From NCBI GenBank assembly GCA_963771045.1, contig CAVYRW010000004.1, positions 320,001 to 384,000 on the forward strand: a DNA stretch of 64,000 nt. Reading direction: 5' to 3'. A program made the translations under genes and the position numbers. The notes beneath the pieces are model-generated. The model was given only the letters and a program-made list of their open reading frames with translations, was not told the DNA's origin and did no database searches. This document shows positions 56,413 to 64,000 of the stretch, in pieces. The stretch is from Waddliaceae bacterium (GTDB lineage Bacteria; Chlamydiota; Chlamydiia; Chlamydiales; SLFE01). Position 1 is the stretch's first letter. Every line of letters starts with the position of its first letter.

Positions 56413-57566
56413 GCGGTGGTTCCGGGGGGGTGATGGTACCAGCCCGGATCTTCATAGCTGGTGATCCCTTCGCGGACTTTTACTACCGTAAACATGCCTG
56501 AGAGTTCAATGTTACCAAATTGTCCGGGGACGCCCCAGGGGACAAAGTTGGGCGGGCAGGGCATTTGGCGGCGTTTTTCGGTAAACATATTGCCGAATCC
56601 TTTTTCTCCCATGGGCATGTAGCCGGGTATGAGGGCAGCGATCCGCTTGGCGACTTCCCCCTGGTTGGCGCCGAGCATATTGGTCCCAAGGCCCATGCCG
56701 TTCATCGCCGCGTGATGGGTAATATGGCAGTGCATGGCCCAGTCGCCGGGGTTGTCGGCAGTAAATTCAATATCTCGGGTTGTGCCGACAGGAATGTTGA
56801 TTGTCACGGTAGACCACTGAGCGGACTGAGGCAGCCTTGCGGCGCCCATTCTTGTGACCATAAACTCATAGCCGTGAAGATGGATAGGATGGGGTATGAG
56901 GCTGAGGTTGCCGAATCGGATTCGGACTTTTTGCCCCTGTCTGATAACAAGGGATTCCGTTTTGGGAAAGAAGCAGCTGTTGAAAGTAAAATAATTGAGG
57001 TCCATGGTCATCACATTGGGAGTCTTGGCTCCTGCGGGTATGGACCAGGCCATCAGCATAATGAGAAAATCTCTGTCGACGGGATCTTCTTCAGGTTCTT
57101 TGGGATGAATGATGAAAAAGCCCATCATCCCCATACCGATTTGGGTAATGTCATCGTAGTGGGGATGGTACATGTAAGTGCCGTTTTGCTTGAGGGTAAA
57201 CTCGTAAACAAAAGTTTCTCCCGGAGGAATTTCAGGCTGGGTCAGGGCCATGACGCCGTCCATTCCGTTGGGGAGGATGAGCCCGTGCCAATGCACTGTT
57301 GTGGGTTCGGGAAGTTTGTTGGTGACAAGAATACGCACCCGGTCGCCTTCGACAGTCTCGATTACCGGACCCGGAGACTGCCCGTTGTATCCCCAGCAGT
57401 TGACGACCATCCCCGGAGAAAATTCCTGTTTGACCGGTTCTGCTATGAGGTGGAATTCTTTAACTCCATCGACCATTTTGTAGGGGAGGGTCGAGCCGTT
57501 CGGCATCGTGACGGGGGTATAAGCTAAGAGCGAAAGAGGGAAGAGGTAAAGCCAAAACCATTTCAT
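56343..57566 (-). CDS. Two-domain multicopper oxidase
   Basis: VHWHG, YMYHPH, HPIHLHG, MHCHITHH; Met-rich tail. Confidence 0.93.
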   Translation of the reverse strand: MKWFWLYLFPLSLLAYTPVTMPNGSTLPYKMVDGVKEFHLIAEPVKQEFSPGMVVNCWGYNGQSPGPVIETVEGDRVRILVTNKLPEPTTVHWHGLILPNGMDGVMALTQPEIPPGETFVYEFTLKQNGTYMYHPHYDDITQIGMGMMGFFIIHPKEPEEDPVDRDFLIMLMAWSIPAGAKTPNVMTMDLNYFTFNSCFFPKTESLVIRQGQKVRIRFGNLSLIPHPIHLHGYEFMVTRMGAARLPQSAQWSTVTINIPVGTTRDIEFTADNPGDWAMHCHITHHAAMNGMGLGTNMLGANQGEVAKRIAALIPGYMPMGEKGFGNMFTEKRRQMPCPPNFVPWGVPGQFGNIELSGMFTVVKVREGITSYEDPGWYHHPPGTTAHPFEETGSPKELADEIGCFKEQ

Positions 57567-58894
57567 GGTAGGCCTCCTCCCACAGCAAGTGTGAGATTGG
57601 CCCGGAAGACAAGGTAATCCCGAGCGGTATCGGCAATCATCATTTTTGTGTTGATTTCTTCGGCTTTGAATTCGAGAAGCTCATAAACTCCGGCATTCAT
57701 AAAGTTATAGAGGCGAAGGGTTTGATCGATGATTAATTGGTTATTGGGAAGAATAATATCTATGAGGTCATCAAGCTTTTCTTTTGAGACAACCACCCCT
57801 TTAAATGCTGTGTTGACATCTTGGGAAACCTGCAGGGCCAAATCTAGGTACATTTGATAACTTTGCCTAAATTCCGCTAAGGCTCTCATCCTGTCGCCCT
57901 GGCCGTAATTGAACAGAGGAACCTCAAGAGCAAAACCCGGCCCTGTCTTTCTCGATCCATCGGGTTCGCTTTCATAGGCGATTCCTGCCATAAAATCTGA
58001 ATAGGCCCACCAACGGTACAGGCCGAAAGAGGCGGCGATGCTGTCGGTTTTGAGCCGCTTTGCCAGAAGGTCGAGTCTCTGGCAAAAGGCGAACTCGAGT
58101 AAGTCTTCCCTGCAAAACAGAGGAGTTTCGGGGACAGGTGCCTGGCAAGCGATGTGAATTTCCGAGTCGCAGACACCCATCAGATGGGCCAGCTGCTGCC
58201 GAAGAGTATTCACATCGATTTGCATTGAACGGTATTGAAGAAGGGCGTGTTGATAATTATCCCAATAATCATTGAGATCAAGAGCGTAGGTAATTCCGGC
58301 TTCATATTGCTTTTTCGCCAGCAGATACTGCAGCTCTCTGACTTCCAGAAGCTGGTTTTGCAAATCGAGGTTTGCCCGGGCGGCCTGAAGAGAATAATAG
58401 CTGAAGCAAACCTGTTGGATAAATGAGAACATCTCATGAGTGACTTGAGCATTTGTCTCGGCTAAAGCGAGGGATGCGGTTTTTTTTCGGATAGGCTGGA
58501 GCAGTATATTGACAATTGGCTGCAAAGCATCGATTTCCGTGTTGAAAAGAACATAAGGCTGGTCGGGGATTCTGACAGCTGCTCCGAAAATGGGATTGGC
58601 GATCAGGCTGGCATTGACAAGGTCGGCTTGGGCGATGCCGATCATTTCGAACAGAGCTTGTATTTCAGGGCTGTTCAGTAGGGCAATTTGAACAGCTGAC
58701 TCAACCGAAAGTTCATAAGAGAGAAGGCAGAGGATGATGTCTTCTTTGCATGCCGGCAGCTTTCTGTCCCAGGAGACTTCGTGGCCGCTTCTTTTTGCGA
58801 TAGTTTTGTTGACACATTGTGCTGCAGGGTCGGGCACTCGCGCGCAGCCGGCTAAAAAAAGAATGCACCAGGCAGTTAACAGTTGTTTCATCAT
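57563..58894 (-). CDS. TolC family outer-membrane lipoprotein
   Basis: Lipobox LAGC; AVQIALLNSP, VPLFNYGQG; coupled to the multicopper oxidase. Confidence 0.88.
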   Translation of the reverse strand: MMKQLLTAWCILFLAGCARVPDPAAQCVNKTIAKRSGHEVSWDRKLPACKEDIILCLLSYELSVESAVQIALLNSPEIQALFEMIGIAQADLVNASLIANPIFGAAVRIPDQPYVLFNTEIDALQPIVNILLQPIRKKTASLALAETNAQVTHEMFSFIQQVCFSYYSLQAARANLDLQNQLLEVRELQYLLAKKQYEAGITYALDLNDYWDNYQHALLQYRSMQIDVNTLRQQLAHLMGVCDSEIHIACQAPVPETPLFCREDLLEFAFCQRLDLLAKRLKTDSIAASFGLYRWWAYSDFMAGIAYESEPDGSRKTGPGFALEVPLFNYGQGDRMRALAEFRQSYQMYLDLALQVSQDVNTAFKGVVVSKEKLDDLIDIILPNNQLIIDQTLRLYNFMNAGVYELLEFKAEEINTKMMIADTARDYLVFRANLTLAVGGGLP

Positions 58895-58920
58895 GATAAA
58901 AATTTATCATGATGAAACAA
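58883..58920. repeat. Perfect 18-bp inverted repeat with 2-nt spacer
   Basis: TTGTTTCATCATGATAAA-AA-TTTATCATGATGAAACAA. Confidence 0.95.
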
Positions 58921-58925
58921 ACAAT

Positions 58926-60698
58926 TTATTTCAAAAGGGTTTTTACCGCTTGCAGGTATTCATCGGCGATGACGTCGCAGTGTTCGATCCCCAAATCAAC
59001 CGGCGATGTTCTATTGCTTTGAACTTCGGCGTAGATCTTGACTTTGGGTTCTGTCCCTGAAGGTCTGATAGCCACTTTCGAGCCGTCTTCAAGCCAATAG
59101 ACGAGGACATCGGATTGGGGGAGGTCCAGTTTTTCGGTTTCCCCCGATTGGACGTATGTTTTGGTGGAGGAAAGGTAGTCGTCGATCATGTCGATTTTGC
59201 TGCCAAGCAAGGATTCTGGAGCCGATTCGCGCAGTGTTTCCATCGAGTTTTCCATCTGCTCGCGCCCTTCCTTGGTTTCTCCAAAATTCAGCGAACAGAG
59301 TTTTGCCCGATAAACTCCGTATTTTTTGTAGATACCATGCAAACGGTCGACAAGGGTTTTGTTTTCTTTTTTTGCTTGCAGGGCGGCTTCGGCAAGCAGG
59401 CAGCTGACAATGACAGCGTCTTTGTCTCTTGCGTAATCGCTTAAGAGATAGCCATAAGATTCTTCTCCTCCGAAGATAAACGCGCAGCCGTTTGGGCCTT
59501 GCTGCCATTGGTTTATCAGCTGGCCGATGTATTTGAATCCGGTCAGAACATTGAAGCAAGGAACGCTGTAGTGGCCGGTAATCGCTTTGAAAAGCTCGGT
59601 GGTGACGATGGTTTTAATGAAGGCGGGATTCTCAGGCATCTTTTTTTGGCTTGTGAGGGCCTCCAGAATATGTTCAAGGCAAAGGCAGGCAATTTCATTG
59701 CCGTCTAAAATGGTGATTTCATTATTGTGGTTGACGGCGCACCCGATGCGGTCTGTATCGGCGTCTGTAGCGAGAAGGATGTCGCCCCTGTTTTCGACTA
59801 AAGAGTTGATACCCAGTTTCAAAGCCTCGTGAATTTCAGGGTTTGGGGCCGGAACTGTCGGAAACGTTCCGTCAGTTGATGCTTGGCTTTCGACAATATG
59901 CGTGTCGATGAAACCCCACATGGCAAGGGCCTGGGGAACAATTGTGATCCCGGCTCCGTGCAGGCTTGTGTAGATGATTTTTAACGAGTCTCCAAGCTGC
60001 TGGTTGTCTTTTCCATAATGCTGCAGTTTTTCGATGGTCTGAAGGTAGGCCTCATCGACGTCGCGGCCATACCAGACAATATTGGGGTCATTTAGATCGG
60101 CCGCTTGAATTTTGTCGAGCTCTGTCACTTTGCCTACCTCTTCAATGATGCCGACGTCGTGCGGCGGAAGGACTTGAGCGCCGTCGCCCCAGTAGACTTT
60201 ATAGCCGTTGTAGGCGGGCGGGTTGTGAGACGCTGTAATCATGACCCCTGCCTGGCAATGTTTGAAGCGGGTGCCAAACGAGACGAGAGGGACGGGCCTT
60301 AAGTCTTCATTGATATAGGCTCTGATGCCGCTGGCGGCTAGAACGCGGGCGGTTTCTTCGGCAAAAAGGCGGGAGTTTAAGCGCGAGTCATAACCGATCA
60401 ACACAGAAATGGGCGACTCGGTAAATTTTTGTTTTTTCAGATAATTGGCCAGGCCTTGCGTCGCTCCGCGAACAGTGTAGATATTCATCCGGTTGGTTCC
60501 CGGGCCCATTAAGCCCCGAAGTCCCGCCGTTCCGAATTTGAGAGTTGTATAAAACGCGTTCACCAGTTCCTGAGGATTCTGCTCCTGAAGGCGGCGTATT
60601 TTGGCTTTGGTTTCGTCATTGAAGCTTCCGCCGAGCCACGTCTCGACATTTTTCTTTGTTGCGGCATCCAAAGAGATGGCCGGGGGTGAAGTCGCCAT
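58926..60698 (-). CDS. pgm: Phosphoglucomutase/phosphomannomutase
   Basis: FGTAGLRG, TASHNP, DADTDR, GEESYG, RPSGTEPK. Confidence 0.95.
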   Translation of the reverse strand: MATSPPAISLDAATKKNVETWLGGSFNDETKAKIRRLQEQNPQELVNAFYTTLKFGTAGLRGLMGPGTNRMNIYTVRGATQGLANYLKKQKFTESPISVLIGYDSRLNSRLFAEETARVLAASGIRAYINEDLRPVPLVSFGTRFKHCQAGVMITASHNPPAYNGYKVYWGDGAQVLPPHDVGIIEEVGKVTELDKIQAADLNDPNIVWYGRDVDEAYLQTIEKLQHYGKDNQQLGDSLKIIYTSLHGAGITIVPQALAMWGFIDTHIVESQASTDGTFPTVPAPNPEIHEALKLGINSLVENRGDILLATDADTDRIGCAVNHNNEITILDGNEIACLCLEHILEALTSQKKMPENPAFIKTIVTTELFKAITGHYSVPCFNVLTGFKYIGQLINQWQQGPNGCAFIFGGEESYGYLLSDYARDKDAVIVSCLLAEAALQAKKENKTLVDRLHGIYKKYGVYRAKLCSLNFGETKEGREQMENSMETLRESAPESLLGSKIDMIDDYLSSTKTYVQSGETEKLDLPQSDVLVYWLEDGSKVAIRPSGTEPKVKIYAEVQSNRTSPVDLGIEHCDVIADEYLQAVKTLLK

Positions 60699-60700
60699 GA

Positions 60701-61466
60701 TTAAACCCTTTCTTTTAATGTTTGTACAGCAGTGGCGAGATCGAGAAAATGCCGTCCGGCCTCTTCATCCCCGCTGTGGTAGGATGAGGGATACCCCTCG
60801 TCGCTTCCCCGGCGTATTGCCGGGATAATGGGGATGCTTCCCAATAGAGGAAGATTTAAATTGCGAGCCAATTCGCAGGGCTTTTCCTTCTCCGAATATC
60901 GGGTATTTTTCGTTTGTGCCGGGGACGGTAAAACCTGCCATGTTTTCGATGATCCCCAGTACGGGAATTTGCAGTTGATCGAAAGAGTTGATCGCTTTGA
61001 CCGCGTCTAGCACAGCCACTTCCTGAGGAGTCGTAACGATTAAAGCTCCTTCGATCTTAAGCAGCTCTGAAAGCGATAGGGGAACATCTCCGGTGCCCGG
61101 GGGCAGGTCTATTAGTAATATGTCCAGCTGACCCCATTGTACTCCGGAAATCATTTTTTGCAACATGCCGTGAAGCATGGGGCCCCGCCAGAGAACAGAG
61201 CGCGCCTCCTCCAAAAAAAAGCCGATAGAGATGATGTGGACGCCAAACTTGGTGAAGGGAATGATTTTTTCAAGTCCTTCGCGGTCAATGGTTGTGCGGG
61301 GGCTCAGCTGCCTAAGTCCTGTCATGATCGGAATCGATGGACCGTAAAGGTCGGCGTCCAAGACTCCGACATTAAGTCCTTGCCTTGCAAGGGCAACGGC
61401 TAAGTTGATCGTTATAGTTGATTTTCCGACCCCCCCTTTCCCTGACCCTACTGCGATTGCCTGCAT
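60701..61466 (-). CDS. mrp: Mrp/ApbC Fe-S carrier ATPase (apparent 3' frameshifts)
   Basis: SGKGGVGKST, DADLYGPS, WRGPM, DLPPGTGD, IIENMA. Confidence 0.9.
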
Positions 61467-61906
61467 GACTCGTAATCCATTTGCTCGTTTAAGTTTTCTT
61501 CGATCTCTTTGCAGGGAACGAGTTCATCGCCCTTGCCGATCCCTTCGCAATCGACTGCTGCCTTTTGCCACGCCTGCTCGGACGTTAAATTCTGCAGCCA
61601 CCAGGGGAAGGTGCGGCATTGAGTGGGTCTGACAGGATAAATTCGGCATTTTTTATCTTTGAGAAAAATACAGTCGTAATTTTCCCCCCTTTCAAGGAGG
61701 GCGAAACGATTGCCTACTTTGCGGAGATATTTTTTCCCGAATTCATCTAATGAAAGGTTGAGAAATTCGGCCATAGCGACGATTTCATCTTCGCAGACCC
61801 ATGTATAGCCGGGAGAGCCGCTGCAGCACTTGCCGCACTCGGTGCATTTGAAATTGAGTCCCCTCTTATACCAAGTGTTGATAACTTTTAATTTTGATTC
61901 ACTCAT
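61448..61906 (-). CDS. YkgJ family cysteine-cluster protein
   Basis: CTECGKCC, CIFL...CRIYPVRPTQCRTFPWW, CEGIG. Confidence 0.9.
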   Translation of the reverse strand: MSESKLKVINTWYKRGLNFKCTECGKCCSGSPGYTWVCEDEIVAMAEFLNLSLDEFGKKYLRKVGNRFALLERGENYDCIFLKDKKCRIYPVRPTQCRTFPWWLQNLTSEQAWQKAAVDCEGIGKGDELVPCKEIEENLNEQMDYESCRQSQ

Positions 61907-62021
61907 TTTCTTTAAGCATTTGCCGGATTCCGGCGACGACAAACAAGATTAGAAAAACGCCGCAGACAGCGCCGACAACAGCGACTTCCGTTAGCAGGCT
62001 GGCAAGAATTCCATACAGCAT
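61899..62021 (-). CDS. Small 40-aa single-pass membrane protein (below the ORF-track cutoff)
   Basis: MLYGILASLLTEVAVVGAVCGVFLILFVVAGIRQMLKENE; stop overlaps the ykgJ-like start. Confidence 0.6.
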   Translation of the reverse strand: MLYGILASLLTEVAVVGAVCGVFLILFVVAGIRQMLKENE

Positions 62022-62027
62022 AAACTA

Positions 62028-62056
62028 ATGATAGGCTAGGCAAAGGTGATTGTCAA
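62028..62056 (-). promoter_or_regulatory. Sigma70/sigma66-type promoter
   Basis: TTGACA (62056-62051), 17-nt spacer, TATCAT (62033-62028). Confidence 0.7.
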
Positions 62057-63057
62057 CTTTTCTTCGGTTTGAGTTGTTTTTGAGAAAATGCCAGAACGTC
62101 TCGTGCTGTTTTGCTGATCTCTTCGGAGGCCAGCTGAATTGTCTGTTTCGAGTGATTATTATAAACTTGCTCGGAAGCGGCATACCAGAGAAGGGCTTTG
62201 GCATAGTTGAGTTTGACGTTTTGAGTTTCGGCATCAGATAAGCCCAGCAAATTTTTTTGCGCCAGAAAATCAATTCTTTCGATTGTCGATTTGGGAATAT
62301 TTTCAACTTGGATACGGTCTATTTTGAGCAGTTCCAATAATAGGTCGGCGAGCTTGTATTGTATAACGCGAAGAATTGGATATTTAACTCCTTTCATTCT
62401 GTTGCGATCATAGGTAACGATCCCTGAAGCCAGGTCTATTGCCTCGGTACTTGGCTCGGCAGCGTCGCAGCAATCTCTTAGGACTTTTCTTGAACCGCCT
62501 AAAGCGCTTTTGCGGAAGCGATTCAGGGTTTTTGCCGGCTCTTGTCTTAATTGCTTTTGAAACTCTTTTTTGAAGGCCGACATGACATCTTCGGAACCGA
62601 TCAGCCTCGTCGAATCCAGCGCTCGGGTAGGGAACGGGCGCTTCCCTTTTTTGTACATCAACAAATTATCGCTGTCGATATGGTAAATTTCCGGCTCATA
62701 ATGAAAAATTGATGGATTGTTTTTTAAAACACTGGTTATTTTTTGGATCAATTCCGCGTTATGATCTTTTTTGGTTAAGGTAATCACCTGTATTTCAACA
62801 TTTGAGCTTTTGTTGATTTTTTCTTTTCTTCCATCGCTTCCCGTATAGGCCAGGCAAAGACGGGTGTTTTTAGAAAGATCGGGAAAGTTTTGCTCAAATA
62901 TTTTCTTGGCAATCGAATGCGTGGAGGCAAATTGAGCAATATCGCTTTGCAGCCGGGCAGATGACAAATCTTTTTGTAGGAGAACCTTCGTAGGATTCTC
63001 CTTCGAGCCCTTGATTGTCATGTAATTTTTGAGAAACAGATTAGAATTAACATCCAT
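62053..63057 (-). CDS. Hypothetical protein with nucleotidyltransferase-like motif
   Basis: LAYTGSDGRKE...SNVEI resembles the GS.GR.E...SD.D motif; later VKYPILRVIQ. Confidence 0.5.
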   Translation of the reverse strand: MDVNSNLFLKNYMTIKGSKENPTKVLLQKDLSSARLQSDIAQFASTHSIAKKIFEQNFPDLSKNTRLCLAYTGSDGRKEKINKSSNVEIQVITLTKKDHNAELIQKITSVLKNNPSIFHYEPEIYHIDSDNLLMYKKGKRPFPTRALDSTRLIGSEDVMSAFKKEFQKQLRQEPAKTLNRFRKSALGGSRKVLRDCCDAAEPSTEAIDLASGIVTYDRNRMKGVKYPILRVIQYKLADLLLELLKIDRIQVENIPKSTIERIDFLAQKNLLGLSDAETQNVKLNYAKALLWYAASEQVYNNHSKQTIQLASEEISKTARDVLAFSQKQLKPKKS

Positions 63058-63141
63058 ATCAAAAAATTGTATATTAGATCTTTAAAGATAATATAAAGAT
63101 TTTGAGTATTCTTTTTTTATTGATTTTGTTAAACTGGTTTC

Positions 63142-64000
63142 ATGCAAAAACAAAGAGAGCATTGGAGCTCGCAGATTGGATTTATTTTGGCTGCGGCAGG
63201 ATCTGCCATAGGCCTGGGAACTTTATGGAAGTTTCCTTATGTCACCGGTCAAAATGGCGGGGGGCTGTTTGTTTTTGTCTATGTCTTTTGCACGTTTTTT
63301 GTTGCCGTGCCCCTTTTTATGGCCGAGCTGACCCTTGGCAGAAGAGCGCAGCGGGGAGCGGTTGGGGTTTTCGCAAGCCTGTCGGCTAACTCGACGGTTT
63401 GGAAATCTGCCGGCTGGGTCGGCGTGGCCTCCTCGTTTTTGATTATGACCTACTACAGCGTTCTTGCCGGCTGGGGACTCAACTACATTCTGATGTCTTT
63501 GAATCAGTTTTGGGTTGGAAAAACCCCTGCTGAAATATCGCAGACCTTCGACATTCTCCAAGCATCGGGAAGCATCACCCTTTTTTGGCAGGCTCTTTTT
63601 GTCATTCTAACCGTTGGTTTGGTCTACCCCGGAATTCGGCATGGTATCGAATACTGGAGCCGTTTTATGACTACCGGCCTTTTCATTATCCTTGTCGGCC
63701 TTTGCCTTTACAGCATCACCCTTGACGGGTTTTCCGAGGCGCTTGATTTTATCTTCTCTCCCAGCTTAAAAAAAATGAAGCCTTCGGGATTTTTAGAAGC
63801 TTTGGGACTTTCTTTTTTTACTCTCAGCCTGGGTCAGGGCATCATGCTCACATACGGAAGCTATCTAAGGCGAGAGGATGATATTCCCAAAACCGGCCTT
63901 GTTGTCGGCACCATGATTTTGATTGTTGCATGCCTTGCGTCGCTGACGATCTTTCCCGTACTTTTTACCTTCGACCAACCTCCTGAGGCGGGTCCCGGAC
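63142..64000 (+). CDS. Sodium-dependent transporter, NSS family (3'-truncated by the window)
   Basis: REHWSSQIGFILAAAGSAIGLGTLWKFPY...NGGG; FFTLSLG. Confidence 0.93.
   Translation, partial: MQKQREHWSSQIGFILAAAGSAIGLGTLWKFPYVTGQNGGGLFVFVYVFCTFFVAVPLFMAELTLGRRAQRGAVGVFASLSANSTVWKSAGWVGVASSFLIMTYYSVLAGWGLNYILMSLNQFWVGKTPAEISQTFDILQASGSITLFWQALFVILTVGLVYPGIRHGIEYWSRFMTTGLFIILVGLCLYSITLDGFSEALDFIFSPSLKKMKPSGFLEALGLSFFTLSLGQGIMLTYGSYLRREDDIPKTGLVVGTMILIVACLASLTIFPVLFTFDQPPEAGPG

Noticed and set aside
56520..57527. Long antisense ORFs (also 49014-49694, 50124-50792, 31275-31952)
   Set aside because: Shadows of well-supported genes on the opposite strand, with no motifs

Overview
Chromosomal segment of an environmental chlamydia. 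Gene order matches the conserved chlamydial block gcvH - nqrEDCB - dnaA - CT274/CT273-like - rsmH - ftsL - ftsI - murE - amiA, and continues with gnd, cmk, cdsA, uppS, purA, lepA, pgm, mrp and three tRNAs (Arg-CCT, Leu-CAG, Leu-CAA). Many housekeeping genes carry single-base frameshifts, probably long-read or assembly errors. The most notable feature is a 1564-bp IS903-group (IS5 family) element present twice in opposite orientations (22253-23816, 39965-41528), each with its own 9-bp target duplication. It carries a divergent GxxExxY (PD-(D/E)XK-fold) passenger gene, and arrays of CACNGAG repeats lie just inside both terminal inverted repeats. Each copy sits 44-47 bp from an unrelated IS (IS256 or IS66) inside the same host gene, and both host reading frames can be restored across the insertions. 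Also found: IS66-type MITEs with 8-bp duplications; an IS1 that supplies the start codon of an IQ-motif/PRTase effector-like gene; a repeat-flanked four-helix-bundle cassette with a second remnant copy; a BlaI/BlaR1-like pair with three operator boxes; a signal-peptide-bearing WbdD-like methyltransferase/kinase pair; a 38-bp palindrome over the TolC start; and an unannotated 40-aa, probably leaderless, membrane peptide. All product calls come from motif recognition by eye; no database searches were run.
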